Shown here: in pieces, positions 14,161 to 26,175 of the stretch
How positions within the stretch are numbered: the first letter of the stretch is position 1
How the letters are laid out: the number at the start of each line of letters is the position of its first letter
Source: Lepidodermella squamata
Lineage: Eukaryota; Animalia; Gastrotricha
Direction: 5' to 3'
DNA: 64,000 nucleotides
Assembly: GCA_047495785.1 (NCBI GenBank)
Contig: JBLDXI010000054.1
Coordinates: 1,426,001 to 1,490,000, forward strand
Program-made: the position numbers and the translations under genes
The notes under the pieces: model-generated
The model's database searches: none
Told to the model about the DNA's origin: nothing
Seen by the model: only the letters and a program-made list of their open reading frames with translations

Positions 14161-14233
14161 CGCCCTCCGGGGGACTCGAACCCCCGACCCTGTGATTAAA
14201 AGTCACATGCTCTACCGACTGAGCTAGGAAGGC
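14161..14233 (-). tRNA. tRNA-Lys(UUU): tRNA-Lys (anticodon UUU)
   Basis: Reverse complement GCCTTCCTAGCTCAGTCGGTAGAGCATGTGACTTTTAATCACAGGGTCGGGGGTTCGAGTCCCCCGGAGGGCG, 73 nt. It forms a full cloverleaf with anticodon loop CTTTTAA and has A and B boxes. Confidence 0.96.
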
Positions 14234-14816
14234 CCTTGCTGAATTAGCTGGCCAATGTTTGAATTAGCTGGCCGCCCTGTTACCAAGCTTTTGAAGCCTG
14301 CTACTGAAACCAAACGCAAGCAGCGAACGACGCTGATGGGACTCGAACCCACAATCGTCAAGATCGGTGCGCGAAAAGTGACGTGCGCGTGCGGTAATAA
14401 TAATATTAATCAAGCCTCCCGCCATACGCCTTGCGAGGAACTAGTAAGGAATAGTTAGGGGAGGTCGTGCTGAGTTGTCGTTGGCTGAAATGTCGCACTA
14501 CGGATTTCCCCCATTTGAAAAATCGTTAAAATTTCGAAAAAATAATCTATGTATTAATCGTTTCAAGAGCATCTTCTGGAACTGCCGGAAATTATTGATT
14601 GTGATTTACTGTTCAAGAATGATGAGCAGTCAAAAATACATATACTGATTTGTTTACTTTTCCAACCACGCGATCATAGATACGATACAGTTCAAGGTTT
14701 AACATGACATTTTCTAATTAATGCTGTATTTTATTTGTATTTTTGCTCATTCACAGCGATAAATCGATAATTGCAGGGCACTTAGCGTTGTTATATTCAG
14801 AGGTCAAATTCAAATT

Positions 14817-15636
14817 TTAAATTTTTGTAACAGGACGGCCAGCAAGATAGGCTTTGAGTTGCGGCCCTTCTTCAATGGCAGTCTTGATTTTAAGCAGGGT
14901 CGGATAATTAGCCTCGATGTCGCCCCAATCGATAAAATCCAAGGTGTGACAAAGGTCCAGAAACCCGGCCAAAGCAGCGTCGACAAAAGTGAACTAATAC
15001 AAAAATTGAATATAAAATAAAAGAACAGTTTTAATACTATTTCTTACATCATCGCCGCCAGCAAGATTTTTCCCGCCATTAATCGCGGCCTGTTTTTCGA
15101 GGAAACCAAGGTAGAGAGGAAAAATGTCGGCTTTGAGCTTTGCGACAGCTTCGGCCTGGAATTTTACGATATTCAAAGGATTTTCCGGGATTCAAGCTTA
15201 TACCTTTTTAACTTCGTCCTTCATGTGCTCGAATACCTTTCCGACGCCATCCAGAGCTTCGTGAATTCTATTCAAAAAAATTGCAAAATTAAACGAAGAA
15301 ATAAATCAAAATAGTTAGTAAGTACATTTCAAAAGCTTCTTCTGCCCTTGCGAGTTCCCACGGATTTTTGCCATTCAACCCGTGCCAAGCCGCGATGACT
15401 CGAACAATCGAGAAGCTCTGGCACAGCATTTTCGAACTCCCATCCGGCTCCGTAATTTCAAGAACTGGCACCTGTCCAAGGGGCATTTTCGCCTTCAATG
15501 ACTTCTGCCAGTCTTCGCGATCGAAGCGGTAGTCTTCGAATTGAATTTTGGCGAAGTGGAGGACATAGCGAATAATCTCGGCTCTGCCTTTCTGCGGGTA
15601 GTAGATCAATTTATACTTTCTGCCGTCGTTCGACAT
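14817..15636 (-). CDS. GST sigma-class-like (copy 5, MSNDGRK subtype)
   Basis: 4 exons. YYPQKGRAE, PLGQVP, CQS; ends RPVTKI-TAA. Confidence 0.92.
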
Positions 15637-17281
15637 CTGATTGCTAACAAGGTATATTATCAACTTCGCTAAAATTTAATGATTTTCGGCGCGTTTAAAG
15701 CCGTTAGTTCAAGTTAAAATGAAGGGTTCTAGTCTTTTTCTATCCTTGATTGATAATTATGTCGACCCATGACTATTGACCGTGGGAAAATTGGTAACCT
15801 AAGGTACATATGTAAAATAATTCAAAAATTGGTTGTCTCAACTGCCGATATTGGAAAAATCACTGATTTGTAAAATCAATACCGAAAATCGATATCAACT
15901 GTGACGGCTGGTAAACTGCCGTAATGCAGAGTTATCGGTTATGCAAGATAATAAAGAAGGATAAACAAATAGCTGGATATGTTCGGTGAGGTACTACTAG
16001 TTGAAGGTCACTTAAAGCAGAAAATTTGGAAATTTTAATCAAATTTTCTCGATTTAGAATGAAAACTCGGTAGAAAAAGCGATGACGGACCTCGAAAGAA
16101 TTGTTTATAGACTGCGCTATTGTAGATAATTTACGCCCATTCATCATAATTTCCTATAAATGAATCGCTAAAAACGCCAAGGGTTCTGTGACTGGCACGC
16201 GACTGAATTTTTCTCTGAAGGCGATCAAGTGAATACGGGTGTGAACTAAACGCGAGAACATGTTTAAAATTGAAACTGAAACTGAAAAACGACGTATAAC
16301 ATACATGTATCTTGAAAATGAGGCTATGCATTGAGGTTTTCCCAGAAATTCACTCATCAATTATGAAATTTCAATTAATCATGTCGTAAGGTGCAATCTG
16401 TAACTTGCTTAAAGGGTCAACAAGGGATATGGGTCAGTTTCAAAAATTGATTCTATCATTTATCGTCTCAGAGATTCAGTCATACCCGCGATTCCCGTCC
16501 GATCGGAGGTTTTCATAAAATATTTCATAAATAGGCAACTCGCGAGCGAAGCGAGCTTTAGCTGACGGTTTTTTCCCCCCGATTTCCCGAGTCCAGAATG
16601 GTCCAAAAATGCCTTGTTTCTTAGTGTGGATCTACCTTTTTGTTCCTTAGTGTGGATCTTTTTGTCCTTCTGTCCAAGGGAAGGAAGCGAAACTGGATTA
16701 AAGAACAATGGTCCTTATCCCACGCCTAGTTTCGGACATTTTTCAAAAAGTGTGTTCCTTTTTTTTGGGAAAACCCCAAATTGAACAACAGCCCCTGCAT
16801 ACTTACTTGCAAAAAGTTTTTTGGGGTAAACTCATCACCTATTCACTTTTCTTTGACGCTGAAAAAGGCATCGGAATCGGCTCGACGAGTAGAAGGCGTT
16901 AGGCTATTAAAATTTGAAAAATAATTATTTTTCGATTTTTAACGTAAATTCGAAAATTTTCTGCTCAAAACACTGTGTGACGTCATCGGGAGCAGAGTAC
17001 AAAATCTGATCGCCAGTGCTTTTTTTACTTGCGAAAAATTTGAAATTATTATGTGTCAAGGTCGAATTTAGGAAAAATAGCCTAACGCCATGATAATCAC
17101 CTGTATAGGTGAACTGGAGTCGGTCAAGCCACAGGTAATTAAGGTGTACGAGATTACCCAAAAAAACCAAGGGTGAAAATTGCTAAATTTTTCGGCACAT
17201 GATTTTGGCGTTTTTTGCTCAAAAGCTGAACAAAACAGATGGCGCACACGAACAATGAGCTTCCCTTCCTTCCCTTGCTTC

Positions 17282-18269
17282 CATAGACATAATTCAGTAG
17301 AGATCGCCCACTCGCGTGAAAAAGGGTGTACGCCATGGGCGCCAGATGGTCAGATGATTCATCAGAGGCTTGGAGGCCAAGTAAACAAAGTATTCGATTC
17401 TTTTTTTGTTGGTTCCGATCGAAGATTAAAAAATTCTCAATTTTTGTTGATGGTTCCAGATAGATGACATTACAAGGAACACGTTGGTTATTTTTCCGAA
17501 ATTTTAGGAGCAATATGAACCACTGAAATTGAAGAAATTGAATTTCGCTGATGCAATAAAAATATATTTACCCTCTTATTCAATCGAAATTGAAGCAGTT
17601 TTTTAGTGGTCTGTGTAGCCCAGATCGAGCTCTACAATTTGATACTTGGAGCAATCTTGGATGAATTTTCATCGATTTTCTGGACATTTTCGAAAATCGA
17701 ACGTGGATTCATCCATAATAAAAATCTGGACTTGGTGGAGGATTCAATTCAGAACCTTTGTTGACAGCACGTGCGCCGCATGCACATGTTGTGGTTGGAA
17801 AGAGTCCAAACCTTAATCACAAAAAGACAGTAATGTAAATTATGCTCTCGATTCCTTTAAAAAATTGCAGAAAATCAATAAAAATTCATCCAAGTTCGCT
17901 CCAAGTATCAAATTGTTGAGCTCGATCTGGACTACACGGACCACTAAAAAACTGCTTCAATTTCGATTCAATTAGAGGTGTAAATTCATTTTATTTCCAA
18001 TCGCAAAATCATTTTTCTTTGATTTGGTGGTCCATATTGAGTTAAAAAATCATGAAAAAATAACCAGCGTGTTCCTTGTAATGTCATCTATCTGGAACCA
18101 TCAACAAAAATTGAGAATTTTCTAAACTTCGATCGGAACCAACAAAAAAAGAATCGAATATTTTGTTTACTTGGCCTCCAAGCCTCTGATAAATCATCTG
18201 ACCATCTGGCGCCCATGGCGTACACCCTTTTTCACGCGAGTGGGCGATCTCTACTGAACTATATCTATG
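17282..18269. mobile_element. Non-autonomous foldback DNA transposon (CA...TG termini, ~400-bp TIRs, 8-bp TSD; P/hAT-like)
   Basis: The left arm 17282-~17682 is the reverse complement of ~17868-18269 (catagacataattcagtagagatcgccc... / ...gggcgatctctactgaactatatctatg). TSD CTTGCTTC at 17274-17281 and 18270-18277. Confidence 0.9.
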
Positions 18270-19099
18270 CTTGCTTCTGTCATTTCGAGGCCATAGGACA
18301 CCAGTGTCCTACAGGACACTTGAAAGTTGGCTTATTAGTACACGAGTTTCCTATAGGACACGGTTTGGGAAACGTTGCTGTAAATCACTTGTCAACATCA
18401 CAACATAAAAAATATGAACTGACACCGAATCGGTCTCAGATGTCGTGGAAACTTTTTTAACGGTAAAATTATTTGAAAAAATAAATGAACAAAATTTCCG
18501 AAAATTTTTGCGCTGAAACCTGCTAAAATGTATCCTCTTTTTTTAGGAATTTTCCGACGGCCAGCCGTCGCTGGTGTTCTGCGCTTCGAAGCCGCTGGTA
18601 ATGGCACAGCGGCGCTTTTTGGGCCTCTGCAAATCACCGGCGCACTGTTCTATATAACGACTTGATAGCAATAATCTTCCCTAATAACCGGATATCAAGT
18701 ATTACAGAGCGTTGATACTTGATGTTCACAATCTTGAGGCGTTTACTGCCCTGTCTTATTGCTTGCGATGTGTGTGGCAAAGAATGCCCCACTGTGAAGG
18801 GCCCCACACAAAGAATGCGCGGTATGAAAACACACAGGTCGAGGATGCACAAAGCCGGCTTAAATCAATTGATGTAGACCCGATGTTTGCTCCGATGAAA
18901 ACGGCTTCTTCTTCCAAGGTTGGAGTTAACGTTAACCATCCGAACGTGTGGCGTTTTTCGAACTCCATGCTCGAGTTGGAATCGCGAGTGATCGTATATC
19001 TAATTTTTAAATTTATTCCATCTTTTACCGAAGAAAACCCAGAAAACCCCGATGGTAGCTGGTTCGGTAATTTTCGGTATTTTACCCGGCTGGACCAAA

Positions 19100-19410
19100 T
19101 TGCTATTCGTACATAGTTTTTCCCGATTTTTCAGCAAGGTTAGCAAGGTTCTTGGCAAATTTTCGTTCAGGTCAACTGGGGTCGTCGCTTGACAAGGTCG
19201 CAGTATTTCAACGAAGTTAAGTCCCCGCGGAAAATGAATGATCGCACACAAAAATGGACGCATCGTATAAATTATTGGCGACCATTGTTGTTTTCCATAG
19301 CTCATACATCGGTCGTTGACTACCGGTTTCATCTTTTTCAGTTGGAGCATGTCGATAATGTGTTCTCTTGCAGTTTTCATAACAAGGAATGACGCTGACG
19401 AGTTTCAACG
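19100..19410 (-). pseudogene. Frameshifted THAP-like zinc-finger remnant (probably TE-derived)
   Basis: CYENC...HYRHAP...W...FVCDH. Removing one T from tgcgatcattcatttt restores VCDHHF (CxxHF) and continues into PRGLNFVEILRPCQATTP. Confidence 0.45.
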
Positions 19411-19970
19411 CTCCAGATCATATCTTCGCCCGAATCTAACATTATTCAATCATTGTTAAGGTCATGAACAGGTTTGCCTTTTCTTTGTTTTAATGACGGA
19501 TTTGATCGTTCTTATGGTTTTTCTAGCCCGGGCGTCTTCTTCATCCTCCGACAAGGTGTCCTCGCTCTCAGACAAGGCTTGGCGATGAATAATAATTAAA
19601 AATAACTCTCAGGCCAGCTGATTAATATTGTCCGTTTCGCGCCTTCAGTCAACACTTGAATGCTAATGCTCGTATAAAAAAATATATACTGACGTAAAAA
19701 ATTAAAAAAGATATTTTTAATATTAATATAATATAATAGAGTCGACTATATGCTCAAATTTAAATTTAGCTTGAACTTGTGATATATAATTATTAATTCT
19801 GCCCTTGCCACCGCGCTATTTTTGAATGGAAAGTATGCTCAGTTGCCATCGAGATAAAAATAACTCTGTCCCTAAACATCCTCGAGAAGCTCGACCGGCC
19901 GAAGTGTCATCTATTCATTCATCCGTTTTTCGTTTCAAATTCAACTTTCGGTTAAACCTTCTCTCTTAAG

Positions 19971-21740
19971 ATGACTTTTAGACTAGCTGTTCTTGCAGCG
20001 ACCTTGGGCATCGCCTACAGTCGTGAGTTACCGTCTCTTTCACGAATCATTTGGCTCATTTTGGGTGTATCTATTCAGAAAGTGTTGTCAGCTCAGCGAG
20101 ACCTGTCGAGTGCTCGAATGCAGTTCTCACTACCCCCTACCAGCCTGAATCCGGCAGTTTGTATGACTTCAGCAGTCATGGCATCCATTGCGCCACCGAC
20201 GCCAATTACCTCTCGGCTTGGAGGATTCAGAGGAGTGTAAAGGAGGCCAACGGTATGCAGTTTGCATACAAGTGCTGCAAGGCCCCGTCTGGTGCAAAGT
20301 GCAGACAGGTTGTCACTGGCTACACAGATGGCGGTAGCGGGAATGCCGTCTTTCTGGACAGACAGGATATCAAGTGCAACGACAATGAAGTTCTGAAAAA
20401 CTTCACCCAGAATACTATGACTGGACAGGTTCAATACTACTACACTTGCTGCGAGGTTAGTTTCAGCGTCCTCACGTCCAAATGTACTCTAGTGCTTGAG
20501 TGCCTCCAGTAGCAACTGATTCATGGGCAATGTTCCCCCATTTGGTGGGAATATTCTTGTGGCCAAATGGCCATGAAAACCTTCGAAGTTACAGGCTACA
20601 AGTTTCTCAGGGTTCCTGGTTTAGAAACCCCCGCAGACCATGTGGCAACCTGGTTAGAGGCTCTCATAAAAGCACATATTCTCATGCTAGGAGTTCGATT
20701 GTCAGGGATTATCGGAAGGTGCCTGGCAAATAGGAGCGCGCTCAGGGTGGGAACCAAGCAATGAATTTGCGACTGGTTCAGGGCACTCAGGATGGAAAAA
20801 TTATTTTATATCATGAAACTTTCTAAACTTATAATACCTTCTCATGCTTTCATATCTAGGTTCCAAGTAACATATTTGTTGTTAGCAAGGTGCTTGCCAC
20901 CAACTATAACGAGGAAAGTAGCAAAACGTGGTCCCTTGAACGTCACAATGTCGCCTGCGGGGACGGTGAGCTGATGCAGAGATGGCGCCTTCAACGCATT
21001 TCAGCCCAGGGCGTTTTACGCTTTGAATACAACTGTGCCATCTTAGGCATCTTGCCAGAACCTTGCAGTAAGTTGGAATACCTAAATTTACCATCGCACA
21101 ACACTTTTCCATGCAGCGACGCCCAAGTGGTACGAGAAGTGCCCCACTGCCAACCTGGTAACCGCGGAGACCAGTGACCTCAGCGGGAACATGTTCGGCC
21201 TCGTTCCTCACGAGGTCAAATGCCCCGTCAACAATTATCTAACTTCATTCGGACTGACCAGGCCCAGCGATACCACCATCCAATACTCGTACACTTGCTG
21301 CGCTGCCCCCACCGCTATGACATGCCGCGAAGTCGAGAACGCGTATACTGATAGCGGTAATGGCGACAGCAACTACCTGGACAGGCAGAATATCCAATGC
21401 AATGCTAACGAGCTCATGAGCAGATTCGTGTTACGAAAGAACCCTGCGAACGGCCAAGTTAGCTACGGCTATACGTGCTGCATAGTAAGAATTTCTGAAA
21501 TTGATCTACTAATTTTCAATGAGATTTTATCAATTTCAGATCGCAGGCAAAGTGACCACCTCAGCCCACGCGACCGAATACGCAGATGAAATAGGAATTA
21601 AAACCTACACACTCGTCGCCCATCGCCCGACCTGCAACGATGGCAAGTTGCTGCAACGGTTCCAAGTTAAGCGGAGTTCGGGCAAGACCCGAATCGACTA
21701 CACCTGTGCCAAGGTCGCGAACGAGGCTTGTGCCGCGTGA
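19971..21740 (+). CDS. Secreted cysteine-rich repeat protein, copy A (~401 aa, signal peptide + 6 repeats)
   Basis: Exons 19971-20022, 20079-20455, 20860-21067, 21117-21484, 21540-21740, all GT-AG, total 1206 nt in frame. Signal peptide MTFRLAVLAATLGIAYS. Repeats of the form T-x-Y...L(D/E)R(Q/H)x(I/V)xC...(F/W)xLxR...YxYxCC. AATAAA at ~21860. Confidence 0.88.
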
Positions 21741-23530
21741 ATGCGCGAATAGATACATTGTCGAGAGATTGAAAGCAGAATCGTTGTGAATGGTAATACC
21801 AATATTACCTAATAGTCGAGAGGGATGGAGTGAAATTCAGCTTGTAATGACAAAGGTGGAATAAATGAGCGAAAAGCTGATATAAATGGTGTCTTTCTGT
21901 TCTGAATCAAACTTTAAAATCTGAATTTCAAATATCACCTTCGATATGGTAAGAGCCGATACGTTAAAGAAACGGCTTGCACCTTGCACACACTTTCAAT
22001 CAAGAACAATGGGAATGCTGACATTCTCCAGAAGATAGACCCATCATCCATCATGTGTCGGGAAAAAGGGCTGGGGAGCGGAAGTGCGGCGCGGTAGGTT
22101 CAGGGGTTTTACGGACCTGAAAAACTTCCCGGCCTCCATCAAACCGATTAACGAAACTTCTCTTCAAAGTCTTTTTCCTTTATTCTGTGCTAGCAACATC
22201 TTAGCTGGTTCCCAGCTGGTCGAAATAGTGAATCATTCTGTTTCGTTCAAAATCGAAAATATTCTCAAGCGCCTTTTGCTGCCAAACGTTGAGTATCTCT
22301 GTTGTTTTGAATTGACCGCTGAAACTGACCATGTTTCCGACGTTACTACTGATTTAACGCAGTCGATTTTCCTGCATTCGATTGCCTGTGTCTGAGACAT
22401 CGCAAGAAGCGGGGCAATTCAATTGCACGTTCACCGAGTCGGCGTTCAAATTCTGGCACGTCACATGTAGACTCATCTTAAACAGCATGCTTAAACTGAA
22501 ATTTGCTTAAGGGCACATACTCCTTAATGACGGTCAGCGCAGAGGCAATCCCTCGAGTCAGCATGCTGTCACTGTTCAGGCCCGAGCCAGATTTTGGCCC
22601 GTCCGCTTTCGGGCCGGCCCGTATGCGACCGGGTAACAGGACGTTGCCACTCCGCGTTCAGGCCAGTCTATATAACATGCCCCAATGCGGGTAAGGTTAC
22701 CTTAATCTGCATAAAAAATATCCACTGTTTTCAAACGCTTAGTGAAGTTTTTATGCAGATTTATGGCACCTCCAGCGATTTTAAATGTTTGCCTTTTTTG
22801 ACTGTCAGCAACGATGGCTCCCTAACGGTGAGGAATTGGCTCATGAGATTTTGTGAGTTTACTCAAATGGGTTACGACTGTTTATGGTCACAATATGAGC
22901 CCGGAGAACCTCATGACAAGCGTTTAAAAGAGTGGAATTTTTTATGCAGATTTAGGTAATCTTACCCTAGTCTAGTTGCTGGTTCACTTTGTAAATTCGG
23001 AAGCGATTCAATTCGACAAGCTTTTTGCACGAGTAGCAGTTATTGTTGCGTCACCTTGACAAGCGCCTTATCATCGTTCTTTTGATTTTACTAGCCCTGA
23101 TCTCTGGGCGTCTTTTCATCCTCCGACAAGGTGTCCTCGCTCTCAGACAATGAATAATAATTAAAAATAACTCTCAGGCCAGCTGATTAATATTGTCCGT
23201 TTCGCGCCTTCAAAACTTGAATGCTAATGCTCGTATAAAAAAATATATACTGACGTAAAAAATTATAAAGATATTTTTAATATTAATATAATATAATAGA
23301 GTCGACTATATGCTCAAATTTAAATTTAGCTTGAACTTGTGATATATAATTATTAATTCTGCCCTTGCCACCGCGCTATTTTTGAATGGAAAGTATGCTC
23401 AGTTGCCATCGAGATGAAAATAACTCTGTCCCTAAACATCCTCGAGAAGCTCGACCGGCCGAAGTGTCATCTATTCATTCATCCGTTTTTCGTTTCAAAT
23501 TCAACTTTCGGTTAAACCTTCTCTCTTAAG

Positions 23531-25427
23531 ATGACTTTTAGACTAGCTGTTCTTGCAGCGACCTTGGGCATCGCCTACAGTCGTGAGTTACCGGCTCGTT
23601 CACCAATCATAAGCTCATGTTGGGTTCATTTTTTCAGAAATTGCAAAAGCTGTCGATTGCTCGAGTGCAGCTGTGACTACCGCCTACCAGCCTGAAACCG
23701 GCAGTTTGTACGATTTCAACACTCATGGCATCAACTGCGCCGACGGCAGCTACCTCTCTTCGTGGTTGATCCAGAGGAGTGTGAAGGAGGCTAGTAAAAT
23801 GCAGTTTGCATACAAGTGCTGCAAAGCCACGTCGGTCGGAAAGTGCAGACAGGTTGTTAGTGATAGGACAGATGCCGGCAGTGGGAATGCTGTCTTTCTG
23901 GACAGACAGGATATCAAGTGCAACGACAATGAGGTTCTGAAAGGCTTCAGCCAGAGTTCTATGAGCGGACAGATCCAATACACCTACACTTGCTGCGAGG
24001 TTAGTTTCGGCGTCCTGACGCCCAAATTTACTCTAGTGCTTGAATTCCTCCAGTGGACTCTGATTCGTGGGTGAGGTTCCCCCATTTGATGGGAATATTA
24101 TTGTGGCCAAATTGTCCTGGAAACCTTCAAAGTGCCAAGTTACAGGCTTCATGTTTCTCAGGCTCCTTGGTTTTGAAACCCCCGCGGACTATGAAGCAAC
24201 CTGGTTAGAGGCTCTCTTAAGAACCTAGTTTCCCATGGTAGGAGCCATCTGACAGAGATTATCAGAAGGTGCCTGGCTCTCATACTAATTAGCCGCAAAA
24301 ACTAAGCCCGAGTGTGAGCTTCCACTGGCCGGGGTTAAAGGACATGAATCTTTCCTCAGTTTCGAATACACCTGGCAGATAGGAGCGCGCTCAGGGTTTG
24401 AACTTTGTCCAGACAATAAATTTTCGACTGGTCCCGGGCATTCAGGATGATAAAATCCAACAGCCTTGTTTTTTAGGAATCCTCATCTCATGAAACTTTC
24501 TAAACTTTTAATACTTTCTCTTGCTTTCATATATCCAGGTTGGAAGTAGCGTTTATGTTATCAGCAGGCCGCTTGCGACCCCTTATAACGAGGAAAGTAG
24601 CAAAACGTGGTCTCTTGAACGTCACAATCCCGCATGCGCGGACGGTGAGCTGATGCAGAGATGGCGCCTTCAACGCAATGCAGTCCAGGGTGTTGTACGC
24701 TTTGAATACAACTGTGCCGTCTTCAGCGCCATGCCAGAAACTTGCGGTAAGTTAGAAATCCCCGGTTTACCATCAAACAACACTTTCTTCTTTGCAGCGG
24801 CCACTAAGTGGTACGAGTCGTGTTCCACTGCCAACCTGGTAACCGCGGAGACCAGTGACCTCAGTGGGAGCAGTTACGCCCTCGCTTCTCTCGACGTGAA
24901 ATGCCCCGCCAGCAATTATCTAACTTCATTCGGACTGACGAGGCCCAGCGAAACCACCATCCAATACTCGTACACTTGCTGCGCTGCCCCCACCGCTGTG
25001 GCATGCCGCGACATCGATACCGCGTATACAGATGGAGGCAGCGGCGACACCAACTACCTCGACAGGCAGAATATCCAATGCAATGCTAACGAGGTTATGA
25101 GCAGATTCATGCTACGAAAGATTCCTCCATACGGCCAAGTTACCTACAGCTACACGTGCTGCTTGGTGAGAATTTTCCTAAATCAAATGCTATCAACTTT
25201 ACAATGAGAGTTTATGATTTCAGATCGCAGGCACGGTGACTACCACAAACCACGAGACTGAATTCGCAGATGAAACAGGGACTAAAACCTACGCACTCGT
25301 CAGCCATCGCCCGACCTGCACCGATGGCAAGCTGCTGCAACGGTTCCAACTGAAGCGCAGCGGTACGGGCAAGAGCCGCATCGAGTACACCTGTGCTAAG
25401 GTCGCGAACGAGGCTTGTGCCGCGTGA
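23531..25427 (+). CDS. Secreted cysteine-rich repeat protein, copy B (tandem paralog of A)
   Basis: Exons 23531-23582, 23638-23999, 24539-24746, 24798-25165, 25224-25427. Same intron positions and Cys pattern as copy A. Confidence 0.88.
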
Positions 25428-25645
25428 ATGCGCGAATAGATACATTGTCGAGAGATTGAAAGCAGAATCGGTGTGAATGGGTAATACCATTATTACCTAA
25501 TAGTCGAGAGGGATGGAGTGAAATTCAGCTTGTAATGACAAAGGTGGAATAAATGAGCGAAAAGCTGATATAAATATATACATAAATGTCTTTCTGTTCT
25601 GTATCGAACTGTAAAATCTGAATCTCAAATATCACTTTCGATATA

Positions 25646-25761
25646 CAGGGCGTTCGCGTAATAATACTCTGGGTGAGCTCAAATTAGCTACAAAAAAGCT
25701 AAAATGAATGCAAAAAGTAGCAAAGCTATTATTAGAAGAGTATTATTACGCGAACGCCCTG
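25646..25761. mobile_element. Tc1/mariner-type MITE (25-bp TIR, TA TSD)
   Basis: CAGGGCGTTCGCGTAATAATACTCT ... AGAGTATTATTACGCGAACGCCCTG, flanked by TA. Absent from the paralogous site downstream of copy A (~21945). Confidence 0.88.
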
Positions 25762-26175
25762 TAGTTAGAGCCGAGATGTTAAAGCAGTGCGCGAGGTAGG
25801 ATTCTCGAACTACTCGGGTATTTTCGGGCCCAAATTTTATGACCAAAGGGTTCCCCCCCCCCCCCCCCCCCTCCCCTGTGGTTTTCTTGGGGATTTTACA
25901 CTTTGGCCTTGTGAACGGGGGGGGGGGCGATACCCCTCATAAACGGCTTGCATGTTTCATAAATTGTTAAGCTGGATCAAAGTCTTCACACCCCAAAACA
26001 CGGCTTGCTTCGACCGTACATTTACCATTGTTAATCAGAGTTGCCGGAACAATGTCGGCTTTAAGTGTTGGATTAGCAGCTCGAATTACGTTTATGCAGC
26101 TAGGACAGCTTCCAGACTGAAGATCTGGACGGATGATGGCGTAGACTTTTCGGAGCATTCTTACAGTTAACAATT

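Larger units (their letters stand above)
19500..25785 (+). repeat. Tandem segmental duplication (~19500-21970 vs ~23070-25785)
   Basis: Colinear similarity across promoter, CDS, introns and 3' flank. 19707-20033 vs 23267-23593 differ at one base. Confidence 0.9.

Noticed and set aside
17154-18460. Twin ORFs containing MAYTLFHASGRSLLNY on both strands
   Set aside because: Artefact of the TIRs of the foldback element.
18712-19116. Possible MULE transposase fragment (HPNVWRF motif)
   Set aside because: Only one short motif; the expected upstream TNNxxE motif is missing. It cannot be supported without an HMM search.
22050-22480. Coding-like stretch with CPASC (ShK-like) on the minus strand
   Set aside because: Incomplete Cys pattern, stops in the frames examined and no splice model.
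25850-25930. Poly-C and poly-G runs (G-quadruplex candidate)
   Set aside because: Homopolymers inside a small insertion; their length is error-prone and there is no functional evidence.
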